Source: a virus. From it: 46,791 bases of DNA. The notes beneath the pieces are model-generated. The model searched no databases. It was not told the origin of the DNA and saw nothing but the letters and a program-made list of their open reading frames with translations. Below are positions 34,830-43,592 of the stretch, one piece after another. The DNA lies in IMG/VR virus record IMGVR_UViG_3300027742_000003; one strand, given 5' to 3'. A program made the translations under genes and the position numbers. Every line of letters starts with the position of its first letter. Position 1 is the stretch's first letter.

Positions 34830-35786
34830 CTACCTCTCATCAAACATAACATAATTAACTATCTCCTCATCGTCAGTAAGTTCACACACCATCCAAGCCA
34901 GCTTACACTGCTCAAGCATCTCTGCTCTGTAGTCGTGTTCCTCTCCATGCGACTTTAGGTATGTGTCTCTGTAAGCTCCTAAGACAGCCTCAAACATCTC
35001 ACCCTCTGTGTTGGTATTATCCAACAGGTCAAATGCTTTCACAGGGCCACATGAGGGCAATCCGGGGTAGTTATCAGTAACATCCCCTGTCAACACTTGC
35101 GAATAGAAGAACTTTAAGCCAGTTCCACTAACTTTATTACGTCTTTTGTTAAGCTCAACATGTCCAAGCTCATCAACCTGCATAGGGCCAATCTCACGCT
35201 GGAAGCCGCTCTCCCAACCATAGTGCATACCTTGGATAATCTTTAAATCCTTATCCCTAGAGCATATGATTGTTGATAATGGCTCAGCTTTTGTTTGGTA
35301 AACACCCAACAGGTCATCTGCTTCAAGCCCTTTGGCCATAACACATTCGTAATTACCACGCATGTACTCTACCAAGTTTAGATAATGTAGAGGCTTATCT
35401 GACTTACGATTACCCTTGTACACTTTCTTCTTAGCCACTGCCTCACGGAAGTTAGCATCATACTTCTCTGGTTGAAGTTCTTTGGCCTCCTCTTCAAGAG
35501 CAATCTTATCTTTGCCCTTTGATTTGTCCAACCTCCTTTCAACTGTCTTAAGTTTCTTGGCTTTCTTTTTCTCGTCATTCTTAAATAAGAGTTTATTGTA
35601 AGATAAGAATAGTAGCGGCGGCTCAGTTGCCCAAACCGCTGCACAAATATCCTTAATCTTAGCGTCTAGCTTCTCAGCCACATAATCAAAAGAGCGCATA
35701 CGGGTTTCCCCTGTCTCATCATCAATGTATTGGCCTTGAACCCCAATCTCATAAGCAAGAATGTCCGCGTCGATTAATGGTTTAAT
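34830..35786 (-). CDS. 5'-3' exonuclease / flap endonuclease (T7 gp6-like), probably initiated at ATT 35786
   Basis: EADDLLGV, CSRDKDLKII, LTGDVTDNYPGL. The conserved KPLIDADILAYE segment lies upstream of the first ATG (35699). AAGGAG-6 nt-ATT. Confidence 0.8.
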   Translation of the reverse strand: MKPLIDADILAYEIGVQGQYIDDETGETRMRSFDYVAEKLDAKIKDICAAVWATEPPLLFLSYNKLLFKNDEKKKAKKLKTVERRLDKSKGKDKIALEEEAKELQPEKYDANFREAVAKKKVYKGNRKSDKPLHYLNLVEYMRGNYECVMAKGLEADDLLGVYQTKAEPLSTIICSRDKDLKIIQGMHYGWESGFQREIGPMQVDELGHVELNKRRNKVSGTGLKFFYSQVLTGDVTDNYPGLPSCGPVKAFDLLDNTNTEGEMFEAVLGAYRDTYLKSHGEEHDYRAEMLEQCKLAWMVCELTDDEEIVNYVMFDER

Positions 35787-35789
35787 ACA

Positions 35790-35993
35790 TTACTCCTTAG
35801 CAACAACAACAGAGGCCCTAGTAACACTAACCTCCCTGCCGTTCTCATTACACTTAAACAGCCCACAAGAGTCTGACTTATCTTTAATAAGCACAGATGC
35901 GAACAGCCGTTTGTACTGGCTACCTGAGTGTGGGGTTGTAAGCACGTAAGCTGTATCCCCCTCCCTAATAATATTACCAACTATATCACGCAT
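35790..35993 (-). CDS. hypothetical protein (67 aa)
   Basis: ORF whose TAA is in frame with, and 3 nt upstream of, the exonuclease ATT. Confidence 0.5.
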   Translation of the reverse strand: MRDIVGNIIREGDTAYVLTTPHSGSQYKRLFASVLIKDKSDSCGLFKCNENGREVSVTRASVVVAKE

Positions 35994-35998
35994 AATAA

Positions 35999-36172
35999 CT
36001 ACTCCTTAGGCGATATTGCCATGATTACAAGGAAAGCTGCTAGCCCCATATATCCAACTAGGTCAAACTTAAGGACTAACATTTGGTTGCCACTTAGAGC
36101 AAAGAACTCTGAAAGAATCCAACCAAACATCCAAAGGAGGAATGCCATCCACTTAACAGTATTAACACCCAT
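35999..36172 (-). CDS. small membrane protein (57 aa)
   Basis: ATG overlaps the upstream stop region. WMAFLLWMFGWILSEFFAL and YMGLAAFLVIMAI. Confidence 0.45.
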   Translation of the reverse strand: MGVNTVKWMAFLLWMFGWILSEFFALSGNQMLVLKFDLVGYMGLAAFLVIMAISPKE

Positions 36173-36476
36173 CACTACCCCCTTGACTGTAATCATCCTC
36201 AAGAATCTTCTGTAAGCGTTCCTGAGCAGCTTTCTTAACAGGCTTGAGGTTTTTACCATCCACTGTGAAAGGCTTCTCAGATTCAACTACATGACGTTCT
36301 GCTGTCTTAGTAGCTAAGAAGATTTTACGGAATGCGTAAGGGTCTTCCTCACTAAGGGCGCTCATAAACTCCCCATAGACATACACTAAGTTGCCACGCT
36401 TAACCCCGTACTGGCAGTAGTCGCTTGTCTCAACAGTACAAAACATACCAGTTTCAATTGTTTTCTTACTAGCCAA
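36162..36476 (-). CDS. hypothetical protein (104 aa)
   Basis: TTG 6 nt after TAAGGAG, immediately after the SSB stop. Confidence 0.55.
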   Translation of the reverse strand: MASKKTIETGMFCTVETSDYCQYGVKRGNLVYVYGEFMSALSEEDPYAFRKIFLATKTAERHVVESEKPFTVDGKNLKPVKKAAQERLQKILEDDYSQGGSDGC

Positions 36477-36486
36477 ATCTTTCTCC

Positions 36487-37221
36487 TTAGTCGAGCCACT
36501 CTTCTTCTGTAGGTTCTTCATCACCTTTTGAATCAGGTTCATCCTCAGTTTCCTCTTCGTCCTGACTATCTTCATTGTCATTAGGCTTAGGCTCTTCTTC
36601 ACCGTTAAGACGCGCCTCAAGAACACTACCAGAGAACTCTAGGTTGCCCTTAATCTTGTCTTTAAGCCAATCAAAGAAGCTTTCAAATAGTTCCATATCT
36701 GGGTCATCCAGTAGGAACACTTGTGTATCGTTTACAAGAGGCGGAAGCTTGTCAGCCTTACGCTTAGTGATAGTTGATACGTTAGTAACCTCATTACCCT
36801 CTTTCAATTCACCATCTTTAGTGTAGCTGTATTCACCAATAGTAACCATACAAGGCATACCAACCAACTTAATGAAATCACCATCACAAGTGTCCTCTGG
36901 GTCGATAGCTCGGTAACGCTTGGTTGATTTAGCTAGGTCAACATCAAGGTTGTTGAAAGGAATTTCCTCAGATAACCAACGTGGCTTATCCTCTACATCA
37001 TTACCCTCTTCATCTATAATGAATAGATTAGGAAACTCGTATGTAATACGAATCATACGAATAGGGGCTTTCTCCTGACCCTTGTAAGGGCGCTGCTTTT
37101 GCAAACCTAGGTCTATAATACCAACAACACGAGCTTCCTCAGTACCAACCTCCATCAGTGGCTGTTGAACCTTGTTGCTATTGCTTTTAGGCTTAGGTGC
37201 TTTTTTAGCGTTTAATCCCAT
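36487..37221 (-). CDS. ssDNA-binding protein (T7 gp2.5-like) with an acidic C-terminal tail
   Basis: 244 aa. The tail ...EDSQDEEETEDEPDSKGDEEPTEEEWLD ends with an aromatic-acidic motif. Lies next to the polymerase module. Confidence 0.65.
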   Translation of the reverse strand: MGLNAKKAPKPKSNSNKVQQPLMEVGTEEARVVGIIDLGLQKQRPYKGQEKAPIRMIRITYEFPNLFIIDEEGNDVEDKPRWLSEEIPFNNLDVDLAKSTKRYRAIDPEDTCDGDFIKLVGMPCMVTIGEYSYTKDGELKEGNEVTNVSTITKRKADKLPPLVNDTQVFLLDDPDMELFESFFDWLKDKIKGNLEFSGSVLEARLNGEEEPKPNDNEDSQDEEETEDEPDSKGDEEPTEEEWLD

Positions 37222-37223
37222 AG

Positions 37224-37445
37224 TTATTCTACCTCTTTTTTAAGTTCATCTAGTTGTTCTTTAACTATTGAAGCTTGGAAATCTGAGCCGCCGTCGCTGC
37301 AATGGGCGTCTTCATAACCCTCTTCATAAGCTTCTTCTACAAGAGCCTCTAAGCTTTGAATAATCTCAATAAACTTAGCACGCTCCCCCATTTGATTGCA
37401 GCAATTAAACCTTACAAAACTTTCTAAGTCATTATCCATTGGCAA
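37224..37445 (-). CDS. hypothetical acidic protein (73 aa)
   Basis: Tightly packed ORF. Confidence 0.55.
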   Translation of the reverse strand: MPMDNDLESFVRFNCCNQMGERAKFIEIIQSLEALVEEAYEEGYEDAHCSDGGSDFQASIVKEQLDELKKEVE

Positions 37446-37659
37446 TACTATCTAAGATTTGTTCTGCCTTAAGGTTCTCCTCAATGCGTTCCAGTTTCTC
37501 TTTAGCACAAGATGCCTCCACCTTTTTAATACCAGAGATAACATCATGATTAACCTTTAACCTTGCACCAAGAGCCTTAACATAGCTTTGGTCAAGTTCG
37601 TCCCTTTCTTTTCTATACTTTTTAGTTAGCCCATCCACATTACTAGTGAATATCTGCAT
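37432..37659 (-). CDS. hypothetical coiled-coil protein
   Basis: ATG at 37659 overlaps the polymerase 3' end by 17 nt. Confidence 0.5.
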   Translation of the reverse strand: MQIFTSNVDGLTKKYRKERDELDQSYVKALGARLKVNHDVISGIKKVEASCAKEKLERIEENLKAEQILDSIANG

Positions 37660-39529
37660 AACTCTCGCCAAATTGAACATCAATATCTAACTCCCGATTC
37701 ATTTTAAGTTTATCATTAACACGTTTGATTGCATCTTTAAATGCAGCTACACACTTCTCTTGCCTACCCTTTTTAATAAGGGCAATAACTTCGTCGTGCA
37801 TTTGACCTATAAGGGGGATACCCTTGGCCTTAAGTTCCATAACCCACATATCAAAACAGTATACACCACTACCCTGATTAAGCGTAGAGAACCTGTCCTT
37901 GTCACTACGTAAGCTATACCAAAATCCACTAATAGGGTTCTTAAGCCACTTCTGACCTGAGAACGTCCTAACAACCTGCTCCTCAGCAATCACCTTAACA
38001 GACCAATTACGCTGCCAGTATATCTCATTAAGAGCTTTCGCCTGAGATAGAGGCATCCCTGTTTCACGAGCCAATCCCTCTGGCCCTTGTCCATAAACAC
38101 CTCCGTAGTTAACTGGCTTAGCTGTCTTACGACCAGCTTTGATAATCTTCTTATCTTCGGAGTCTATGAAATCACCCGTCTTGTGTCTTGCTTCTTGCTC
38201 TGGTGTAAGATAGCCAGCTAGTACAGCAATATCAACATGAGGACAATACCCCTCTTCAAGCATGGTTTCAACATACTCAGGGTCATGCTCCCACATAAAG
38301 TGCTGCTTAGTTCTGTCTTCTAGTGCCGCCATATCAGAGCCACAAAGCTCATAACCATCTGGCGCTATTAAACAACCCCTTAGTTCCTCACCGTAAGGTT
38401 TATCAACTCCGGGAAGATTAACAACTACCCGATGCTTAAACCTTAGCGTATTGGTAAATCCTTGTATCCTAGCTTGTACAAATCCGTTGCTATCCATGTT
38501 TTCTAAGAAGCCACTAACTACATCTAGTCTGTGCTTAATAACACCAACTTCTTTAAGGAATATTACAGACGGCTCTACCTCACATAGCCTCTCAACGCTT
38601 GGTGTAAGTTCTGGCTCATTGTCATCATTCTTTCTACGTACTTGTGGTATTTGGCGTAAGTCGCCTGTATCTTTATTACGTTTGAATTTGAATGTACAAG
38701 GAACCCAACCCAACCCTGCTAACCACGCCTTAATCTGCGGGTCTGAGGCTGCATTTGGCTCATTATAAGAAGATATGTAAGACATTTCCTCAGTGTCTTC
38801 TGGTAAACCATGCTCCTTAAGAAGAGCAAACCATTTCTCACCTAATGCACTTAACGTACTATCTTGCTTATAACATTTCTTAGGTTTTGTCTTAGTGGTA
38901 TAGACAGCCACCTTAGGCATCACTTCCTCAAGCTTAGCAACAGCATTATCATGCAGCGCTGTTAACCTCTCTTTAAGTTCCTTTGCCTTAGGTACATTTA
39001 GCTTCCAACCTCTTGCCTCTTGCTCCCTAGCACACTGCATTTTAAACATGAGGTAATCAATCAACTTCCAAGCTTCTTCCTCAGTTTCATACATCCTAAG
39101 TAGTTTAGCCCATTGTTTTTCCCAAAGGGTGGTATTGATTTTCACGTCTTCTTTACAGCGGTGCTTGTACTCATCAGGAGATAACCCCTCCCAATCAGTA
39201 ACCTTTGGCTTAGGAACTCCGAAGTCAACACCGTAGTCTTCAAGCCCGTGTGTTAACCTTGTTGGTTCCAAATACCAAGACAGTGCTAAGGTATCTACTA
39301 GCTTTGCTTTTATCTTAATGCCAAGCATTTTCTCAACAGCAGGTATGTCAAACCTGTAAATGTTGTGCCCAACAAGAAGCGTAGCATTGCTAAAGTAGTT
39401 CCTCATCATGTCATAAGAACAGGTTGCTCCAAGTTTCTTGCCGTTGTCTACTGCTATACAGTGGATTTTAGTGTAATCAAAGCCATCAGTTTCAATATCA
39501 AATACATCACCTGACGCTTTTCTTTTCAT
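37643..39529 (-). CDS. DNA polymerase, family A, with a 3'-5' exonuclease domain
   Basis: VFDIETDG (Exo I), RKTAKPVNYGGVYGQG (motif B), GQMHDEVI (motif C). Confidence 0.93.
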   Translation of the reverse strand: MKRKASGDVFDIETDGFDYTKIHCIAVDNGKKLGATCSYDMMRNYFSNATLLVGHNIYRFDIPAVEKMLGIKIKAKLVDTLALSWYLEPTRLTHGLEDYGVDFGVPKPKVTDWEGLSPDEYKHRCKEDVKINTTLWEKQWAKLLRMYETEEEAWKLIDYLMFKMQCAREQEARGWKLNVPKAKELKERLTALHDNAVAKLEEVMPKVAVYTTKTKPKKCYKQDSTLSALGEKWFALLKEHGLPEDTEEMSYISSYNEPNAASDPQIKAWLAGLGWVPCTFKFKRNKDTGDLRQIPQVRRKNDDNEPELTPSVERLCEVEPSVIFLKEVGVIKHRLDVVSGFLENMDSNGFVQARIQGFTNTLRFKHRVVVNLPGVDKPYGEELRGCLIAPDGYELCGSDMAALEDRTKQHFMWEHDPEYVETMLEEGYCPHVDIAVLAGYLTPEQEARHKTGDFIDSEDKKIIKAGRKTAKPVNYGGVYGQGPEGLARETGMPLSQAKALNEIYWQRNWSVKVIAEEQVVRTFSGQKWLKNPISGFWYSLRSDKDRFSTLNQGSGVYCFDMWVMELKAKGIPLIGQMHDEVIALIKKGRQEKCVAAFKDAIKRVNDKLKMNRELDIDVQFGESYADIH

Positions 39530-40020
39530 TAATCCTCCTCATCAAACAGGTTAGACATTTCTGCCTTAAACACATTGACAATGTAGTTAATACGCTTACT
39601 GTTAGTGTCAAGTATGCACATTATCTCTCTTGGTTTGTATTGCTCAATGAAGTATAAGTGTAAGATTGTTCTATCATCACCAGACTTGTCAGCAATAGCT
39701 TCTTTAATCCTGTTAATAGTATCTTCACTTGTTTGAGACATCTCATTTGTCTCAGCTAACTCCTCATCAAACTCTACGTAAGTACCACAAGAACGTTCAT
39801 CACGCTTAAAACTTTTTAGCGTATTGTTCATGATAGTATTAAACCAAGCACCTAACTCTTGGCGCTCAGGGTCGAAGCTAGAAATATACCTGAGGGCACG
39901 CTCAAAGGACTCTTGTAAAATGTCCTCAGCGTTCTCTGGTGTACCAGCTCGATTAGCCAGCTTCTTTAGCAGCAGCTTACGCTCACTGACGTAGAAGTCT
40001 TCTATTTGTTGAAATGACAA
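39529..40020 (-). CDS. ECF-type sigma-70 family sigma factor
   Basis: Region 2: AEDILQESFERALRYISSFDPERQELGAWFNTIMNNTLKSFKRDE. Region 4: DRTILHLYFIEQYKPREIMCILDTNSKRINYIV. TTG start 6 nt after GAGGAG. TAATG overlap with the polymerase. Confidence 0.85.
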   Translation of the reverse strand: MSFQQIEDFYVSERKLLLKKLANRAGTPENAEDILQESFERALRYISSFDPERQELGAWFNTIMNNTLKSFKRDERSCGTYVEFDEELAETNEMSQTSEDTINRIKEAIADKSGDDRTILHLYFIEQYKPREIMCILDTNSKRINYIVNVFKAEMSNLFDEED

Positions 40021-40203
40021 CTAACTCTCCTCGAAAAACTTTTGTTTAAGATTGCGTATTGCATCCATTGGTGTCTTGCCAGTGGCCTCCACAAAGGACT
40101 CACTTCCAATCCTTGTTGAAGCTCTCCATAAAGACCCTTGCCTTTGCCTGTTCACCTCCGCATCAAAAATAACGCCAGACTGACCTAGTTCAACTTGAAT
40201 CAT
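40021..40203 (-). CDS. hypothetical protein (60 aa)
   Basis: ORF immediately upstream of the sigma gene. Confidence 0.5.
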   Translation of the reverse strand: MIQVELGQSGVIFDAEVNRQRQGSLWRASTRIGSESFVEATGKTPMDAIRNLKQKFFEES

Positions 40204-40212
40204 TATTCCCCC

Positions 40213-40374
40213 TTAACAACTACCGTCACAAGGAGCGTCCAAACATGTATTACACATGATAGGGCTATACCCACATATTTCTGCTGAGTACCCGCCATAG
40301 GTAAGTGCCCCACAATCAGGACACTCTCCCTCTTCACCATCACAAGGTTGACCACTTTGATTATCACAACACAT
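40213..40374 (-). CDS. Cys-rich small protein (53 aa, 10 Cys), probably zinc-binding
   Basis: Translated by hand: MCCDNQSGQPCDGEEGECPDCGALTYGGYSAEICGYSPIMCNTCLDAPCDGSC. GGAGGG 7 nt upstream. Below the ORF-track cutoff. Confidence 0.55.
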   Translation of the reverse strand: MCCDNQSGQPCDGEEGECPDCGALTYGGYSAEICGYSPIMCNTCLDAPCDGSC

Positions 40375-40376
40375 AA

Positions 40377-40550
40377 TTATACCCTCCCAGTCCTGATTTT
40401 AAAATCCTCAATAACTTTTATAACATAATACTCAGATACACCCAAATCTCTGGCTATGTAGTCTGTACTATACCCCCTGTAGTAAATAGATACAATACCC
40501 TTGTCAAGGTCGTCACAACTAAACTTACCAACAGCCCTAAAAGTATCCAT
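40377..40550 (-). CDS. small HTH protein (57 aa)
   Basis: Translated by hand: MDTFRAVGKFSCDDLDKGIVSIYYRGYSTDYIARDLGVSEYYVIKVIEDFKIRTGRV. TAATG overlap with the primase stop. Confidence 0.55.
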   Translation of the reverse strand: MDTFRAVGKFSCDDLDKGIVSIYYRGYSTDYIARDLGVSEYYVIKVIEDFKIRTGRV

Positions 40551-42208
40551 TATGCCTCCGTAAATAAATGGTTAGTTTTATTCCAATACAGTGGTACTGT
40601 ACCGCCCTCACCAAACTCCCTGTCTGCAAGAACAACAAGCTTACGCATGTTACGTTCCTCAGCAGTTAGCTCTGGGTCTTTATTACCCTCAAGACCAATC
40701 GCATAGTTGCATGAACGAGCCATTGCACTACTACCTGCGAAGTAATCTGTGGTAATCTTACCACCCCTGTCCCAAGGTGTTGCACCCTTAGCTGGTTTGT
40801 TTAGGTGACAAAAGAAGAAGATAGCTATATCTAAATCCATTGCCATTGCAGCAGCCTCCTGAGCCACGCCCTTAAGATGTGAGTCAATATCGCTATTACT
40901 CATGCCGTTTGTCAGGTTGGTGATTGGGTCGATAAACACAACCTTAACACCAGCCGCAGCAGCAGCACGTATATCTAGCTTAAGAGTCTCCCAACCTATG
41001 TGCTGATAAAGGTTAAGCATACAGATGCGGTCTGCAACTTCCTGACCAGCTTTCTCATAAGCTTCCTCATCAAAAGCAACCTTAGGGTCATGGAACACCT
41101 TACCACAAACCTTAGACAACACCATTTTATAGGTTTTGTTATTGGCCTCTTCTGGCTTAGCAAACATACAAGGCAGGTTATGCTCTTTCATGAACCAAGC
41201 GCCAAGAGCGTTAACTATCTCACTCTTACCCATCTTCTCACCAGCGGCTATATAGTATGTCTCACCAAACCTCAAACCACGGGTGATAGCTGTAAGACCA
41301 TCCCAAGGGAACGACAAGCCCCACTCAGCAGGTTTCTTAGCCTCTTCATGAACATCCTTACCCCATACAAGTCGAGTGTTCTTAGGCTTCTTAGCCTTAA
41401 ACATAACAGCTTTGAATGCAGCTTTAGCACAACCTTTCAACAAACAATCATTAGCATCCTTTTCAGGGAGCGTAATAACCCTTGCATCAGGGAACACCTT
41501 GATACAATCATCAGTAGCTTTCTTACCAGCGTCATCATTATCAAAACAGAAATCAACCTGTTTGAAGTGCTTACGTATTTTACTAGCAAGCCTTGATAAG
41601 TCACGATAAGCTGATGCTGCGCCATGAGGCAAACTACATACAGCAGGAGCGTAGTCCTTATACTTCTCGTCTTGGAACCTGTCTATGATTTGCTTAAGTG
41701 ATGGGGCATCTAACTCACCCTCAACAATAATAAGCCTATCAGAGCCAGACTGTATTGCTTGCTCCCAACCAAATAAATCAACGTCTGATTGGTCGCCTGT
41801 AGACCATATACGCTTACCCTCAACTAACCTAGTTTTGTAAGATTTAAGTTCGCCATCAAGCTTATAAGGATAATGGTGGAATGCGACAGTCTTGCCGTCC
41901 TCCTCACTAAACCCAATCTTAATGCCGTAATAGTCCAAAGACTTACTGCCTAGCTTTCTATCTGGCAAGTTGACTACGCCTAACGTATTAATAAATGCTA
42001 TGCGTTCTTCAACTTCCTCAGGTGTTAAGCCAGTACGTTCTTTCTTAGGAATGTCCTCATACTTACGTTCATCACCAAATGGGTGCCTTACATATGTGTT
42101 ACAGGAGTAACAATAGCCATCCACACCCCCATCTTCTCTGGCAAACACTTGTAAGCCTTGACGACTACCACAAGCTTCATGCCTAACTTTTTGAATACAT
42201 TGACCTAT
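40550..42208 (-). CDS. bifunctional primase-helicase (T7 gp4-like); the 5' end is probably upstream of the track start (42148)
   Basis: TOPRIM IIVEGELDAPS, Walker A AAGEKMGKSE. The zinc motif HEACGSRQGLQVF..DGYCYSC begins upstream of GTG 42148. The only candidates there are ATA 42208 and ATT 42196. Confidence 0.85.
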   Translation of the reverse strand: MGQCIQKVRHEACGSRQGLQVFAREDGGVDGYCYSCNTYVRHPFGDERKYEDIPKKERTGLTPEEVEERIAFINTLGVVNLPDRKLGSKSLDYYGIKIGFSEEDGKTVAFHHYPYKLDGELKSYKTRLVEGKRIWSTGDQSDVDLFGWEQAIQSGSDRLIIVEGELDAPSLKQIIDRFQDEKYKDYAPAVCSLPHGAASAYRDLSRLASKIRKHFKQVDFCFDNDDAGKKATDDCIKVFPDARVITLPEKDANDCLLKGCAKAAFKAVMFKAKKPKNTRLVWGKDVHEEAKKPAEWGLSFPWDGLTAITRGLRFGETYYIAAGEKMGKSEIVNALGAWFMKEHNLPCMFAKPEEANNKTYKMVLSKVCGKVFHDPKVAFDEEAYEKAGQEVADRICMLNLYQHIGWETLKLDIRAAAAAGVKVVFIDPITNLTNGMSNSDIDSHLKGVAQEAAAMAMDLDIAIFFFCHLNKPAKGATPWDRGGKITTDYFAGSSAMARSCNYAIGLEGNKDPELTAEERNMRKLVVLADREFGEGGTVPLYWNKTNHLFTEA

Positions 42209-42372
42209 AACACACCCCCTTTGTTTTCTATGATAAATATTGTAATAGTACCAATAATATTAAACAACATCATAATGGCAAATATGCCAAGCTTGCGCTT
42301 ATACACACTTATAATACCAACACAACAACAGAAAAGTTGAAATAATAAAATGTAAAACAAGAAAACTAACAC
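42205..42372 (-). CDS. small two-TM membrane protein (55 aa)
   Basis: GTG 6 nt after GGAGG. MLVFLFYILLFQLFCCCVGII...MMLFNIIGTITIFII. Confidence 0.45.
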   Translation of the reverse strand: MLVFLFYILLFQLFCCCVGIISVYKRKLGIFAIMMLFNIIGTITIFIIENKGGVL

Positions 42373-42424
42373 AATTAACCTCCAAATTATTTTCTAATAA
42401 AAATTACAGCAAATGAGTACCACA

Positions 42425-42550
42425 TTACTCCACCATAAAAGCCAGCACAGTGTTGATGACGGCACACAGTATTGCCAACTCCATATTACCCTTACGTGCA
42501 AAGTGTATTAGAAAGCCTAACACAATAAGCATAACTATAATAATTGACAT
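42425..42550 (-). CDS. small membrane protein (41 aa)
   Basis: ATG after GGAG. MSIIIVMLIVLGFLIHF... Confidence 0.4.
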   Translation of the reverse strand: MSIIIVMLIVLGFLIHFARKGNMELAILCAVINTVLAFMVE

Positions 42551-42552
42551 AA

Positions 42553-42753
42553 CTACTCCAAATTTAATACCCAACCACCAAGGGTCATAACTAACAACAC
42601 GCCAGCAGCAATACCATACATACCGTGGGCCTCCCAAGCAACAGCACCGAAGTAGAAACAGTGCGTACCTGTGTGGGCCTTGTGGTACAGGCAGCCAGTG
42701 TGCAACTTATTAGAAACTTTAGCCGACAATCGGCTTAATACAGACTTATGCAT
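42553..42753 (-). CDS. small membrane protein (66 aa)
   Basis: C-terminal hydrophobic segment GIAAGVLLVMTLGGWVL. Confidence 0.5.
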   Translation of the reverse strand: MHKSVLSRLSAKVSNKLHTGCLYHKAHTGTHCFYFGAVAWEAHGMYGIAAGVLLVMTLGGWVLNLE

Positions 42754-42810
42754 AACTCTTCCTATTTAATTAAAATCACAATAGGCACTCCGAAGAATGC
42801 CTATTAGGAA

Positions 42811-43017
42811 TTAACTTCTTTTCTTAAGGAAATCTTTAGTATCCATACCCCTAACCTTAGTTGTTCTTAGGTAGGTAGTTTTTGTATTATAAACTTTCTT
42901 ACAATCACTTATGAAAAACTGCTCAGCTATAAAGCTGTCTATAACCCTTGGAACACTTGTGCCATCCACAACCTCACATAAGTACAACTGCTGCTCGCCA
43001 TAGCCTGACTTATCCAT
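42811..43017 (-). CDS. hypothetical protein (68 aa)
   Basis: Internal ATG chosen downstream of the upstream stop. Confidence 0.5.
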   Translation of the reverse strand: MDKSGYGEQQLYLCEVVDGTSVPRVIDSFIAEQFFISDCKKVYNTKTTYLRTTKVRGMDTKDFLKKRS

Positions 43018-43027
43018 ATCAATACCC

Positions 43028-43585
43028 TTAACTAAGTAGTTTACGAATCTCAGCAGCTTCTTTCTCAAGTGCTGCTAAACGTTCACGAGCTTGAGACTTA
43101 GCATCATCTTCGTATACAAAATTAACCAGCTTTTTAACATCACCCTTAAGTACGATTGACTGAGGTAATACGCCAGAACTAATACCACTGGGGATGAAAG
43201 AGCCTTGCTTACTTACAGACAATTCGTAGTTGTTAAACATATCCCCACTAGTCTTATCTTTCAAATCACGTTGTAACTTACGTATAACCTCAAGCGCATT
43301 CTGAACTTGCGCCACAGTTAATTTATTACTCATTTTATGTTCCTTTTTAATCCTAAATTGTCTGTGTTGTTGTTCTGTTACAACACCACCAGTACGCCAT
43401 TTTGTAACCTCAGGTAAAATACCTACCTTTATAAACTCAACACGAACCCTAACATCATCACCAAATATACTACGAACTTCTGTTAAATCACCAACAGAAA
43501 GCTTTGACATAGTTGCAAAGTAGTACACCTTAATTGTATTTGGGAAGCGTATGCCCACAGTGTAGGCTTGACCTGCTCTATACAT
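43028..43585 (-). CDS. hypothetical protein (185 aa)
   Basis: ATG at 43585 after GAGGA. The longer track form overlaps the GGCT-like gene. Confidence 0.6.
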   Translation of the reverse strand: MYRAGQAYTVGIRFPNTIKVYYFATMSKLSVGDLTEVRSIFGDDVRVRVEFIKVGILPEVTKWRTGGVVTEQQHRQFRIKKEHKMSNKLTVAQVQNALEVIRKLQRDLKDKTSGDMFNNYELSVSKQGSFIPSGISSGVLPQSIVLKGDVKKLVNFVYEDDAKSQARERLAALEKEAAEIRKLLS

Positions 43586-43592
43586 AACGTCC

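Noticed and set aside
35378-35980. Alternative-frame ORFs 35378-35644 and 35774-35980
   Set aside because: The first is nested in the exonuclease gene. The second overlaps 35790-35993, whose stop is positioned directly in front of the exonuclease SD and start.
41000-41596. 198-aa plus-strand ORF antisense to the primase-helicase gene
   Set aside because: It lies entirely inside a well-supported minus-strand gene. It has low-complexity L/S/F/T-rich composition, no SD and no recognisable motif. This is a typical antisense-frame artefact.
42190-42215. -1 frameshift fusing the 55-aa membrane ORF to the primase
   Set aside because: The AAAGGGGGT context is not a canonical X XXY YYZ slippery heptamer, and a TM-primase fusion is biologically unlikely. 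A non-AUG start or reinitiation is the simpler reading.
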